From a virus (taxonomy: Duplodnaviria; Caudoviricetes): a DNA stretch of 64,000 bases. The DNA lies in IMG/VR virus record IMGVR_UViG_3300027608_000010; one strand, written 5' to 3'. The notes beneath the pieces are model-generated. The model saw nothing but the letters and a program-made list of their open reading frames with translations, had not been told where the DNA came from and ran no database searches. Positions within the stretch are counted from its first letter, which is position 1. Every line of letters starts with the position of its first letter. A program made the translations under genes and the position numbers. Below, piece by piece: positions 18,685 to 29,197 of this stretch.

Positions 18685-19653
18685 ATGGCAACTAAAAAAA
18701 CTAAAGTAACACCCGAAGCAGCACCCGTAGCAGCACCGGTAGCCGAGGCAGCCCCTACTGCAAAAAAGGCAACAAAATCAATTAAATCTACTAAAGAACC
18801 CAAAACGGTTCCTGTAGAAAAGGTTCAAGAAATTGCTGAACAGGCAGCTAAAGAACAAGCTCCACAACCCGGACAGATTCAAGTTAACGTTGACTATCTA
18901 AAAACAACCAAAGTACACATTGCAATGCCATGTTACGGTGGTATGTTGACTGAAAGTACATTCATGTCATTTATTAAGTGGGCTAATACTGCCCGTCAAC
19001 TTGGTATTGACTGGACATTGGAAACAATGGTTAATGAATCATTAATCAGTCGTGCTCGTAATACACTAACAGCTAAGTTCTTAGAACAAGAAGGCTCAAC
19101 GCATTTATTCTTTGTTGATGCTGATATTGGTTGGGAACCATGGCACTTGTTAGTATTAATCAACCGTGACGTTGACGTTATCGGTGGATTGTATCCAATG
19201 AAAACTATGCCGATCAAGTGGGTAGTTAATGGATTTGATGGTGCTGAAGAAGGTCCAGATGGATTCCAAGAAGTAAGTAAAGCAGGTACCGGATTCTTGT
19301 TAATGAAGCGTCATGTATTTGAAAAACTTAAAGCACATCCTGCTGTTAAGCAATACAAGAACGACATTGGATTAGATCCAAAATTTGACGCACATTTAAA
19401 GACATATTTTGATACAGCAGTTCGTCAAAATCGTTACTACAGTGAAGACTGGACATTCTGTGAAAACTGGCGTGATCTAGGTGGTAAAATCTATGTTGAT
19501 AAACGTGTATTATTGCGCCATAGTGGTAGCTATGTATTCTGTATGGAAAATCAGGATCATTTGATGAATTCAATTGGTCCTATGTATGTTCAAGAATTAC
19601 AGAAGAAACAAGCTGAAGCCGCTCAACAAGCAGCCGCAACCCCAGCACAATAA
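18685..19653 (+). CDS. GT-A-fold glycosyltransferase-like protein with a Lys/Ala/Pro-rich N-terminal arm
   Basis: IAMPCYGG, NESLISRARN, HLFFVDADIGW (DxD), AGTGFLLMKR, SEDWTFC, H.G. Confidence 0.75.
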   Translation: MATKKTKVTPEAAPVAAPVAEAAPTAKKATKSIKSTKEPKTVPVEKVQEIAEQAAKEQAPQPGQIQVNVDYLKTTKVHIAMPCYGGMLTESTFMSFIKWANTARQLGIDWTLETMVNESLISRARNTLTAKFLEQEGSTHLFFVDADIGWEPWHLLVLINRDVDVIGGLYPMKTMPIKWVVNGFDGAEEGPDGFQEVSKAGTGFLLMKRHVFEKLKAHPAVKQYKNDIGLDPKFDAHLKTYFDTAVRQNRYYSEDWTFCENWRDLGGKIYVDKRVLLRHSGSYVFCMENQDHLMNSIGPMYVQELQKKQAEAAQQAAATPAQ

Positions 19654-19672
19654 TAGAATTTAATTCTATTTT

Positions 19673-19707
19673 AATGGCTATCACACACCGTGATAGCCAT
19701 TTTTTTA
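19673..19707 (+). terminator. Rho-independent terminator
   Basis: aatggctatcac-acacc-gtgatagccatt followed by a T run. Confidence 0.85.
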
Positions 19708-19715
19708 TATAAATA
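19708..19715 (+). promoter_or_regulatory. T4-type late promoter TATAAATA
   Basis: Exact match immediately after the terminator. Confidence 0.7.
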
Positions 19716-19738
19716 CTATATACTAAGGATTATCTACT

Positions 19739-20044
19739 ATGTTCTCATTTTTATTTTCTAACCCGCCGTTTAGTAAAGCACCACCGTATAATATATCTAT
19801 GCCAATTTCAGCACCAAACTTAAATGATAAGATGGAACCAACAGCACCTAAAGTTAACACTAATTTTAACAGTTGGTTTGGGGTCTCTATAGGTTATTCT
19901 GCATCGTTATTTGGAAAACCGTCAACTCCTCCTACGAAACCGGCTTCCACAACCATACCAACAACAAGCCGTATTGCAACACCGTCAACTATTGCTACAA
20001 ATTCAAAGATGACTATAACTAAAAAAGGTTTATTTAATTGGTAA
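19739..20044 (+). CDS. Ser/Thr/Pro-rich hypothetical protein
   Basis: 101-aa ORF after a late promoter and AAGGA. Confidence 0.5.
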   Translation: MFSFLFSNPPFSKAPPYNISMPISAPNLNDKMEPTAPKVNTNFNSWFGVSIGYSASLFGKPSTPPTKPASTTIPTTSRIATPSTIATNSKMTITKKGLFNW

Positions 20045-20050
20045 AATACA

Positions 20051-20917
20051 ATGAATTTTAATGAATTAAATAGTTTCAACATGTCGGATGCTGTTCGTTT
20101 TCACGAACATTTGAATCCTGCCATATTTAACGGTGACCACATGAAAGAAAACGTAAGAGAGCAATTATTATTGATTGCTAGCGATTTTATAGAACATCTT
20201 GGCTTATCTGATTTAGCAATTCAAGATATCACTATCTCTGGAAGTAATGCAGCCTATAGTTATACTAATCTAAGTGATATTGATTTACATCTATTGGTTG
20301 ATATGACTCAGTTCAACGAAGATGATGTTTACCGTGAACTGTTTGACGCTAAAAAGACTGTATATAATGATAACCACGACATATTGATTGATGGGTATGA
20401 AGTAGAATTATATGTACAGGATAGTAATGAACCTGTTATTAGTCTTGGTGAGTACTCAGTAATGAATGATAAATGGTTAAAGCTACCTAGAAAACGCAAA
20501 GCAGACTTTGACCAAGTTGCTACTAAATTGAAATATCGCAAGTTATACAAGTTAGCAGGATATGCATTAAAGTCTGATGATCCAGAAAAGATTAATAGAT
20601 TAATTAATACTGTTAAGAAATATAGAAGAATTGGATTAGATTATAATGGTGAGTTTGGCCCAGAAAATATTGCATTTAAAGCATTGCGTAATAAAGGTAT
20701 AATTAAGAAATTATATGAGAAATTACAATTACTACACAGTCAACGATTAAGTTTACCTGAGTCCAGCGGGTACATCCCAAGCCCAAATGAAAAGAATGAT
20801 AGACGATGGATGACTGCATTAACCGCAGATATCACACCATTTACAATGCAACAAAATGCTAAGAAATTAGGAAGTAAAATAAGTCGTGCGGGTATCCCAC
20901 CGTTACTTAGACCATAA
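20051..20917 (+). CDS. Pol-beta-superfamily nucleotidyltransferase
   Basis: ITISGSNAAYSYTNLSDIDLHL (GS...DxD) with a third acidic residue in YEVELYVQD. Confidence 0.75.
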   Translation: MNFNELNSFNMSDAVRFHEHLNPAIFNGDHMKENVREQLLLIASDFIEHLGLSDLAIQDITISGSNAAYSYTNLSDIDLHLLVDMTQFNEDDVYRELFDAKKTVYNDNHDILIDGYEVELYVQDSNEPVISLGEYSVMNDKWLKLPRKRKADFDQVATKLKYRKLYKLAGYALKSDDPEKINRLINTVKKYRRIGLDYNGEFGPENIAFKALRNKGIIKKLYEKLQLLHSQRLSLPESSGYIPSPNEKNDRRWMTALTADITPFTMQQNAKKLGSKISRAGIPPLLRP

Positions 20918-20936
20918 GAATAAGAAGGAAGATTAA

Positions 20937-23900
20937 ATGTCAAAAATTTGGATAAAACCGCAACAAGTAGATATAACTCAAGACCCAGGACTTAGTCCTC
21001 CTGTTGTACCTAAAGAAGATTTAGGTCTTGGATTTGTAGATGCTAACTCAACGTTTACTACCTCAACACCGTCAACACCTTTAACCAATACGGTTAATAA
21101 CATTTATATCACCCGAGGTCCTAGAGGACGTGATGGACAAGTTCAATTTAATGAAGATGGTTCTTATACAGGTGATCCTGGATTGTTATATGAGCCGAAT
21201 TCAGATACATTGACTACTGGAACATTAGACGTTAACCAGCTTAATGCAAATCGTGCAAATTTAGGTTCTATCAATTATCTAACTATATTAGGTGGAAACA
21301 ATAGAGATGTATTAAAAACAAATGGTAGTGGTGTTATTACTTGGGCAAGTGCATTCCCATCAGATGTAGGTAATAGTGGTAAATTCTTAATGACCAATGG
21401 CATTAGTCAGCAATGGGCACATCCTAGCTATACGAATTTAGTTGATGTCCCATCAAATATTGCTACTCAAAGTTATGTTGGAAATGCTATTGCTAATCTA
21501 GTAGATAGTTCACCGGCAGCATTGAATACATTAAATGAACTTGCAACTGCTTTAGGTAATAACGCAAATTACGCAACTGATATTACAAATATTTTAGCAA
21601 ATAAAGCAAACGTTACTTATGTAGATAATAAACTTGCAAACATTACGTGGGCTAATTTAACTGGTAGACCCACTATACCGGATGCACAAATCAACAGTGA
21701 TTGGACTGAAACAAATGTAGCCAGTAAAGCATTTATTCAAAATAAACCAACACTAGGTAATATTTCTAATATCAATATTAGTGGCAGTAGTTCTCAGGTA
21801 TTTTATGGTAATGGTATTTTTGCTAGTTTGCCTGCCGAAGTTAATTTAGGTAATCTAACTTTTAATGGAAATAATTTATCATCTACTAGCAATGTGGTTA
21901 TCATTACTACTAATGGAGCTGATGGATTAACTCAGTTAGAAAATAAACATATCAATGGTGATACATATGTTTGGTTAGACGAAGGTAATGTAAAAATAGA
22001 AGCCGACGGAAATGTTTGGACTTTTGCTAATAGTGGTAATTTAATGTTACCAGCTGGTGGTGACATCTTAGATAGTACAGGTAATAGTGTATTGGGTGTT
22101 AGTGGCGCAAACACAGGCAATATTACATTTAGTGGCAACGAAATTGGATCTACTGGCAATTTTATTAATATTACGTCAACGACTGGATATGTTCAATTAG
22201 AAAACTTAGATTCAACCAATGGTTCTACTTATATTTACCTACAAGAAGGTAATGTATTTGTAGAAAACAATGAGGGAACTTGGACATTTCATAACACTGG
22301 ATCATTATTATTTCCAGAAACGTCAAATGTTGAATTTGCTATAGTAATAAATGACACACTTGGTGAAATGAGTATTAGTACTGATAGTGGAAATATAGCT
22401 ATATGGCCGGAAAATAGTAAGTGGTTGTTTGGCGCAGATGGTAACTTAACATTACCGGCTAATACATTTAGTGTTAACTATGCTAATGGTACTCAAGTGT
22501 CCTTAGGTGGAGGCGGTGGAGCGAACACCGGCAATATTACATTCAGTGATACTACAATGGCTAGTACAAATGGTAATGTTAAGATTGGGTTTTCCCCTTC
22601 AGCAAGTCCTGCAGTAGAATTTACGTTTACTGATAATGGTAACTTAGTGTTACCACAAGGTACTATCTTAAGTGAAACAGCCAACTCAACAACCATCACA
22701 CCACCGAATGCATTAGCTGGACAGGGTTTAGTAGTTCGCTTAACAGGGGTTCAAGGAATTGTTTCCGATCATCCAGGTGGATTTACTGACGGTGATACTA
22801 TAACTCTAACTGTAACTCCTGATTATGGCAGTGCCCAAGTTACTGGAACATTAGATTATACATTTACTGGAGCTACTAGTGTACAATTAGGTAGAGCGTT
22901 AACAGGCACATTGACATTTACTAATGAAGTTTCTAAACCAATAAGTTGGACTATACCAGTATCAAGTACTATGACAACTTTCACTGTCACCATTAGCAAT
23001 GCATCAGGGTTTACTATTACTAGTGTTGATAACACACTTACACTGTCAACTACCGGTAGTACTGAAGACCATCATATTCACTTAATAGCAGGTGATCCTT
23101 CAATCACTGACATATATTTAGGTGATGATGACCAGTATGTTAAAATTGAAAAGAACGGTGGTAATGTAGTTATCGGAACTGATACAAATAATAAGCAATG
23201 GACCTTTGACACAAACGGTGCGCTAACATTCCCAGGTGGTGAAACATTTGAAAATGGACAAATAACAGCGACTGCAAATGGACAGGCTATGTTAGCCGAC
23301 AATGCACTTAATAATTTTATCTGGGTTGATAGTAATGGTGCGTATATTGAAACAGATGATGGCACAGAAAATACCTGGACATTCGGTGATGATGGTAATT
23401 TATCAATGCCAGGCAATACTGTTGTCTCAACTCCTGATAATACATCATTGAGATTACGCACTTCAAACAATGAATACGGTTCGACTAGTATTGAATTTGT
23501 TAGTGATATCAACGGACCTCATCCTTATACCTCTAAAGTTGAGGTTGACGGTGATGGTGTAAAGGTACATAACAGTGGTGATACTGTAGTTTGGAGTTTT
23601 AGTGGTGGTACATTTAACTTACCAAATGATAGTACAGGAAATGGTGTAATTTATTCTAACGTTGCTAATGCACAGTTATACACTGATAGAACTGGTAATG
23701 CTCAGGTAAGTATTCGTTCTAAAGGTATCGCCGGTGACAAGACCTGGGCATTCAAAGACAACGGAGAAGTACAGTTTCCGGACAACACATTACAAACTAC
23801 TGCATACAGAAACAGACCATTAACTAATCTGAACCTAGATGGCGGTAGTGCAAGTGTAGTTTTTGAAATTGATATGGCATTTGTTGATGGTGGCGGAAGT

Positions 23901-23999
23901 TTCTTACGTGGCATTCTATCACAAGATATATATGACGGCAATGATGGTGGTGCAACCATAACACAATTTGATAAAATATTAGACGGAGGCCAATCATAA
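20937..23999 (+). CDS. Long modular tail fibre protein
   Basis: DSSPAALNTLNELATALGNNANY fibre-anchor motif, about eight W.F..xG.L..P junction motifs, and C-terminal DGG repeats. Confidence 0.8.
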   Translation: MSKIWIKPQQVDITQDPGLSPPVVPKEDLGLGFVDANSTFTTSTPSTPLTNTVNNIYITRGPRGRDGQVQFNEDGSYTGDPGLLYEPNSDTLTTGTLDVNQLNANRANLGSINYLTILGGNNRDVLKTNGSGVITWASAFPSDVGNSGKFLMTNGISQQWAHPSYTNLVDVPSNIATQSYVGNAIANLVDSSPAALNTLNELATALGNNANYATDITNILANKANVTYVDNKLANITWANLTGRPTIPDAQINSDWTETNVASKAFIQNKPTLGNISNINISGSSSQVFYGNGIFASLPAEVNLGNLTFNGNNLSSTSNVVIITTNGADGLTQLENKHINGDTYVWLDEGNVKIEADGNVWTFANSGNLMLPAGGDILDSTGNSVLGVSGANTGNITFSGNEIGSTGNFINITSTTGYVQLENLDSTNGSTYIYLQEGNVFVENNEGTWTFHNTGSLLFPETSNVEFAIVINDTLGEMSISTDSGNIAIWPENSKWLFGADGNLTLPANTFSVNYANGTQVSLGGGGGANTGNITFSDTTMASTNGNVKIGFSPSASPAVEFTFTDNGNLVLPQGTILSETANSTTITPPNALAGQGLVVRLTGVQGIVSDHPGGFTDGDTITLTVTPDYGSAQVTGTLDYTFTGATSVQLGRALTGTLTFTNEVSKPISWTIPVSSTMTTFTVTISNASGFTITSVDNTLTLSTTGSTEDHHIHLIAGDPSITDIYLGDDDQYVKIEKNGGNVVIGTDTNNKQWTFDTNGALTFPGGETFENGQITATANGQAMLADNALNNFIWVDSNGAYIETDDGTENTWTFGDDGNLSMPGNTVVSTPDNTSLRLRTSNNEYGSTSIEFVSDINGPHPYTSKVEVDGDGVKVHNSGDTVVWSFSGGTFNLPNDSTGNGVIYSNVANAQLYTDRTGNAQVSIRSKGIAGDKTWAFKDNGEVQFPDNTLQTTAYRNRPLTNLNLDGGSASVVFEIDMAFVDGGGSFLRGILSQDIYDGNDGGATITQFDKILDGGQS

Positions 24000-26515
24000 T
24001 GGCAAATAGAATACAAATAAGACGAGACAGTGAAGAAAACTGGGTTGATGCTGACCCAGTATTAGCTGACGGAGAACTAGGATTAAACTACGATAATAAT
24101 CAAATCAAGATTGGTGATGGGACAAACACTTGGACTAGCTTATCTTATAGTGGTTCTAGTACAGGTAATGTTACATTCAGTGACCAAGTTATAGTAGGTA
24201 CCGGCGACATTGATGGTGGTGGTAGCGGATTATATTTGTCTCCGGGCGCTAACAGCACAGCTAATCTACAATATCTCAGAGTGCGTGGTGGAGATGACAG
24301 TGGTCACATTCATTTGGACACAGGCAACAACACAATATATGACCAATTCTTCGGCAATGATAACAAGTATCTTAAATTAGAAGCTGGCGACACCGGTAAT
24401 ATAGTAATAAGCACAGACGGAACCTATGAATGGCAATTTGGCAGCAATGGCAATTTAACACTGCCACAAGGTACTACTATAAGTGAAGCAACAAATATTG
24501 TTACTGTTACATTAGACCAGTTAACTGCTATCTCAGCCTGGACTGGAACTTTGGTTTTTACCAAAGTCAGTGACACATTATATCAAGCATTACCGAGTGG
24601 TCCAACTATGGAACTGGTTGTTGGTATTTGGAGACTTAGGTCTAATACTGCTACTTACTATGACTCAACAGACCTTATAACTTGGGGAACTGTTGCCGGT
24701 TCGTTGCCTGCGCCGGTTGGTACTACAGAGATATTGGAAACAATGAACCTAACAGTGGGTAGTAATGTTTGGACCTTTGGCGACGATGGCAACTTAACAC
24801 TACCAGGCAATGCTTTTGCAGTTAACTATGCTAACGGTACACAAGTATCAATCGGCGGTGGTGGTAATGCTAACACAGGCAATATTACATTTGACGATAA
24901 TATTGTTATTGGCACAGGCGATGAATTTGGCAGTACCGGATTGTATTTGGCCCCTGGAAATGCTAGTATTGCTAATAGTGCAGTACAATATTTAAGAGTG
25001 CGTGGAGGTGATGTTGCCACACACATTCACCTTGATACAGGCAACAACGCTTATTTTGACCAATACTTTGGTGATGACGACAAGTATGTAAAACTGGCTA
25101 ATACCGGCAATGTCGTAATCGGTACTGATGATGCCAATGGAAACTCAGCACAATGGACATTTGGCACAGATGGTAACTTAACTACACCAAGTAATTTAGT
25201 GATTGGCACAGGAGCTGGTAGTGGTTCAAGGATATTTCAATATGACGATGGTCTAGAAATTGTAGGAGAAGGTGCTAACTCCGTTGTACTAATGGGTTGG
25301 ACAGCAAATATAAGCGCACCCGATAGTGTTGCAACAATAGCAATGAATTACCCAAGTGGTGGCGAAGGTAATATATTGATTGCTGTAGGTAATAACGCAA
25401 CCACTGTACACAGCTGGCTTTTTGGCAATGATGGTGACTTAAAATTACCTGCAGGCGGTGATATTGTAGACAGTACTGGTACTAGTGTATTAGGCGGTGG
25501 CGCGGGTGGCGGTATAGCATTAACAGATTTAAGTATTGGTACTGATGGTACACCAACTGGTGGTGGTAATATTTCATATGCCAATTCAACTGGTGTATTT
25601 ACATATACTCCGCCGGTAATACCTGATGTTAGTGGATTTGCATTAACAAGTGATATACCTGATGTTAGTGGGTTCGTAACAGGCACGCCTTGGACGAGTG
25701 CAGGTTATTTAACAACTATCACAAATATATTCAATCAAGACTTGAATACAACTAACAATGTTACATTTAGTAGTGTAATCACTAGCAATGTACAAGCAAC
25801 TAACGGCTCACCCGCTGTGGCAAGTCCAGTGGCTGTCGGTGGTGCCGGCTCTTTGTTAACAATCAGTGCAGGTGATGGCGGCATTGCGGCTACCGGTGTT
25901 AATGCTGGGGCAGGTGGTAATCTAACAATCACTGCAGGTGATGCTGGTTCTGATATAGGTAACCCAAGTTGGGGAGAGATAGGCGGTACTCTTGTTATAA
26001 GAGGTGGAAATTCCTCAAGACCTTATCATGGTAGTGATGTTCAAATTCACAGCGGTAATGCTGTAGCATCACCCGGTGCAATATCTTTATACACTGGCAC
26101 AAATCAATGGACATTTGGCAAAACTGGTAACTTAACATTACCAGTTGGTGGCAACATTTTAGATAGTACAGGTACTAGTGTATTGTTCAGTGGTGACTAT
26201 ACTGACTTGACCAACAAACCAACTATATTAGCTGAACCTGCGTTCAGTGTTCAAACAACAGACTTCAATGCAACAGCAGGTTCTAGATATGGTTTTGATA
26301 CAACAACAGGAGTAGTAACTGCAACATTACCAGCAAGCCCAGCAACAGGTGATGCAATTTATTTTGCAGATGCAAGTGGTACAACGTCAACTAATAATTT
26401 CATAATTGCTAGAAACAGTCAAACAATTATGGGTTCAGCAAGTAATATGACAGTTAATGTCAACGACCAAAGTTTTGGGTTGTTCTATAATGGAACAACT
26501 TGGAGAGTTTATTGA
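23999..26515 (+). CDS. Modular tail fibre with an N-terminal Mtd_N-type anchor
   Basis: MANRIQIRRD...W...DPVLADGELG; internal duplication QYLRVRGGD..HIHLDTGNN; W.FG.DGNL.LP junctions; C-terminal TATLPASPATGD..YFAD domain. Confidence 0.82.
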   Translation: MANRIQIRRDSEENWVDADPVLADGELGLNYDNNQIKIGDGTNTWTSLSYSGSSTGNVTFSDQVIVGTGDIDGGGSGLYLSPGANSTANLQYLRVRGGDDSGHIHLDTGNNTIYDQFFGNDNKYLKLEAGDTGNIVISTDGTYEWQFGSNGNLTLPQGTTISEATNIVTVTLDQLTAISAWTGTLVFTKVSDTLYQALPSGPTMELVVGIWRLRSNTATYYDSTDLITWGTVAGSLPAPVGTTEILETMNLTVGSNVWTFGDDGNLTLPGNAFAVNYANGTQVSIGGGGNANTGNITFDDNIVIGTGDEFGSTGLYLAPGNASIANSAVQYLRVRGGDVATHIHLDTGNNAYFDQYFGDDDKYVKLANTGNVVIGTDDANGNSAQWTFGTDGNLTTPSNLVIGTGAGSGSRIFQYDDGLEIVGEGANSVVLMGWTANISAPDSVATIAMNYPSGGEGNILIAVGNNATTVHSWLFGNDGDLKLPAGGDIVDSTGTSVLGGGAGGGIALTDLSIGTDGTPTGGGNISYANSTGVFTYTPPVIPDVSGFALTSDIPDVSGFVTGTPWTSAGYLTTITNIFNQDLNTTNNVTFSSVITSNVQATNGSPAVASPVAVGGAGSLLTISAGDGGIAATGVNAGAGGNLTITAGDAGSDIGNPSWGEIGGTLVIRGGNSSRPYHGSDVQIHSGNAVASPGAISLYTGTNQWTFGKTGNLTLPVGGNILDSTGTSVLFSGDYTDLTNKPTILAEPAFSVQTTDFNATAGSRYGFDTTTGVVTATLPASPATGDAIYFADASGTTSTNNFIIARNSQTIMGSASNMTVNVNDQSFGLFYNGTTWRVY

Positions 26516-26533
26516 TAAAATAAGGAATAGGAA

Positions 26534-27508
26534 ATGTCAAATTTATCAGATTACAAATTAACAATATCAACTAATGATGATTTATCATTAACCGGTAATA
26601 TCACTACTACACAGGACATTACCGCTAATAATATCAGCGCAACTAGTATCATAGTCAACGGTCAAACTTTAACTGCTACTGGTGCTGTTAATCCTGACTA
26701 CATCAATATGACAACATCTGCGGCGGTAAATGTAGCCGCAAGTGGAACAGACCTTACTTGGGATGTAAACAATGGTAGTTCGGGTATCGCATATAGCGCA
26801 GGCAAATTTTCTCTTACAGCAGGAAAAACATATCACATTTTAGCTGAACTAGCAATGCAAGAGTACAGTGCCAACGGATATCTACTAGTAGAACTAGTTG
26901 ACGGTACTACAAACGCACGAATTGGTTCTCAGACAGTGACTTTACCTTATAATTCAGGATTCAATGAAACTAACAATCCTACTCTTGATGTAGTATACAC
27001 ACCCGTAGCAAATCAAGATGTTAAATTAAGAGTCACTGGTGGCACAGGCGGATTAACTGCTCAATTAAGAGGCGGCGGATTTGCTAGAATGAGTATTGTT
27101 CAACTGAATCCTACAGCAAGTTTAAGTGCGGTATCTACAATTAGTGCCAGTGGCAATGTCACAGTTGGTGGCAACTTGACTGTTACTGGTGGCATACGCA
27201 AGAGTGCAAGAGTGCTTACTACAACCACTACATTGACAGTGGCAGATGCCAGTGGCTTTATTCAGTGCACCGGTGGACCATACACAGTTACATTACCCAA
27301 TCCGACTCAAGCCGCTAATGCAGGCATTGGTTATAGATTTTGGCAAAATACTGCCAGTAATATCACTCTAAGCACTCCGGCTGGAGCCTTCTTTGGTCCA
27401 AGTGGCACCACTACAAGCACAGTAGTTCTAGTACAGGCTACTACAAGTTATTGGGATGTTTGGAGCGATGGCTTTAACTGGGCTGTGTTTGGAATAAAGA
27501 TAGCATAA
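26534..27508 (+). CDS. Tail fibre-associated / receptor-binding protein
   Basis: Beta-rich; TVTLPNPTQAAN...RFWQN C-terminal fibre motif. Confidence 0.6.
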   Translation: MSNLSDYKLTISTNDDLSLTGNITTTQDITANNISATSIIVNGQTLTATGAVNPDYINMTTSAAVNVAASGTDLTWDVNNGSSGIAYSAGKFSLTAGKTYHILAELAMQEYSANGYLLVELVDGTTNARIGSQTVTLPYNSGFNETNNPTLDVVYTPVANQDVKLRVTGGTGGLTAQLRGGGFARMSIVQLNPTASLSAVSTISASGNVTVGGNLTVTGGIRKSARVLTTTTTLTVADASGFIQCTGGPYTVTLPNPTQAANAGIGYRFWQNTASNITLSTPAGAFFGPSGTTTSTVVLVQATTSYWDVWSDGFNWAVFGIKIA

Positions 27509-27570
27509 TATGAAACATACTAAAAATGGTATAATAACTCAGTGGGAAACCGCAAGTTGTTGAGAAAAAC

Positions 27571-27578
27571 TATAAATA
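27571..27578 (+). promoter_or_regulatory. T4-type late promoter TATAAATA
   Basis: Exact match followed by a GGAG RBS. Confidence 0.7.
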
Positions 27579-27597
27579 TAACAAATGGAGACATTAA

Positions 27598-28959
27598 ATG
27601 GCAAGTAAAATACAATTAAGACGAGATACAGCAATCAATTGGTCTAACAACAGTTCAGTTGTACTATCATCCGGAGAACCCGGATTTGAAACAGATACCG
27701 GTAAATTCAAAATTGGTAACGGTGTTGACAACTGGAATAGTTTAGACTATGCTGGTGGTGCAGTCACAAACAACGGTTCAGTATATATAGGTGATGGTGC
27801 AGGTAGTTGTAGTAGCGCATGTTGCTCAGTTGGTATTGGAAATTGTGCAGGTAATTGTTGTCAAGGATGTTGTGCAGTTGCTATCGGCGATCAAGCAGGA
27901 GAATACTGTCAAGGATCTAATGCAGTTGCTATTGGAAATTGTGCAGGACAATGCTGTCAAGGATCTTATGCAGTTGCTATAGGTTCTTGTGCGGGTGAGT
28001 GCTGTCAAGGATGCAATGCTATTGCTATTGGTCAATGTGCAGGACATTACTGTCAAGGATCTAACGCTATTGCAATTGGTCAATGTGCAGGATATGGCTG
28101 CTGTTGCGAAAGTGGTCAATCAGATTATGCAATTGCAATAGGTAATGACGCAGGTTATTGTGACCAAGGGACTTATGCTATTGCAATTGGTAAAAATGCA
28201 GGTTATTGTTCTCAGGGAGATTGTGCTATTGCTATAGGTCATTGTGCAGGTAATTGTTGTCAAGGTTTTGGTGCTGTGGCTGTAGGAGATATTGCAGGTA
28301 ATTGTGATCAAGGTGATCACGCTGTAGCGATAGGTTATGCTACAGGAAATTGTAATCAAGGTCACGGTGCTGTTGGTATAGGTGTATCAGCAGGTCGAAA
28401 CTCTCAAGGTGAATACGGTATAGCTATTGGGTATCGTACAGCTAGATGTAATCAACAAACAAACGCTATTGCAATTGGTACATACGCAGCCGAAGCAGAT
28501 GTATTTTATACTGTTGAGCATGACGGTGCTTATGTTGGAACTAACGACGGTTCAGACAGTACAATAACATTAACTAATGCATTTGATTTTAGTTCGGTGC
28601 GCCCAGGCATGGTACTTACTAATAACGGGTATAACAATATGTTAATATTATCTATTAGTGGAAATACATTAACATTAGCAGGAACACCCAATAACGGATC
28701 AGTGATTTCCGGTAATCAGTTCAATGTTGATGGTCGTCAAGGTACGAATGCTATTGCTATTGGTGCATATGCCGCAAGATATTCTCAATCACCTAATAGT
28801 ATCGTAATCAATGCAACAGGAAGCGAATTACGAAGTCAAGGTACTGGTACAACAGTAATTCAATCATTAAGACAGGTATCAGGTGGAACTGCACCGAGTG
28901 GATTTACTCCGGTATACTGGAACCCAACAACAGGTGAATTAATCACTGTTACAGCATAA
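27598..28959 (+). CDS. Tail fibre with an Mtd_N-type N-terminus and Cys-rich YadA-head-like 14-residue repeats
   Basis: MASKIQLRRDTA.NW....VVLSSGEPGFETDTGKFKIGNG followed by (xxQGxxAIAIGxxAG)n. Confidence 0.82.
   Translation: MASKIQLRRDTAINWSNNSSVVLSSGEPGFETDTGKFKIGNGVDNWNSLDYAGGAVTNNGSVYIGDGAGSCSSACCSVGIGNCAGNCCQGCCAVAIGDQAGEYCQGSNAVAIGNCAGQCCQGSYAVAIGSCAGECCQGCNAIAIGQCAGHYCQGSNAIAIGQCAGYGCCCESGQSDYAIAIGNDAGYCDQGTYAIAIGKNAGYCSQGDCAIAIGHCAGNCCQGFGAVAVGDIAGNCDQGDHAVAIGYATGNCNQGHGAVGIGVSAGRNSQGEYGIAIGYRTARCNQQTNAIAIGTYAAEADVFYTVEHDGAYVGTNDGSDSTITLTNAFDFSSVRPGMVLTNNGYNNMLILSISGNTLTLAGTPNNGSVISGNQFNVDGRQGTNAIAIGAYAARYSQSPNSIVINATGSELRSQGTGTTVIQSLRQVSGGTAPSGFTPVYWNPTTGELITVTA
27790..28490 (+). 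repeat. Degenerate 42-bp (14-aa) tandem repeat array, about 16 units
   Basis: Recurring caaggatctaatgc..ttgctattgg...tgtgcagg units. Confidence 0.85.
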
Positions 28960-28984
28960 TTTAAATATATAAAAGGAAATAAAA

Positions 28985-29197
28985 ATGGCACAATATAACA
29001 TCACAGCTACATCAGCTAAAGCAAATAACAATGCAGGTATGACTGTATCTAATACTAAAACTAATAAGCACCCTAGTCCAGCAGAGTTTGAGACTCAAGT
29101 ATTAGCACAAAAAAATGCTGACAAGTACGCTAAACGTCTAAGTAGCAACGACCACGAAGGCGTTCAGGACTGGGTTGGTCACGCTACCCCAGTTTAA
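28985..29197 (+). CDS. Small hypothetical protein
   Basis: AAGGA RBS, 70 aa. Confidence 0.6.
   Translation: MAQYNITATSAKANNNAGMTVSNTKTNKHPSPAEFETQVLAQKNADKYAKRLSSNDHEGVQDWVGHATPV

Noticed and set aside
25616-25676. 36-bp-period duplication (IPDVSGF twice) in the fibre gene
   Set aside because: It is an ordinary short fibre-shaft repeat with no sign of a separate function.
23999-28959. Diversity-generating retroelement suggested by two Mtd_N-type N-termini
   Set aside because: Mtd_N is only an anchor domain. I found no reverse transcriptase and no template/variable repeat pair differing only at adenines in the window.
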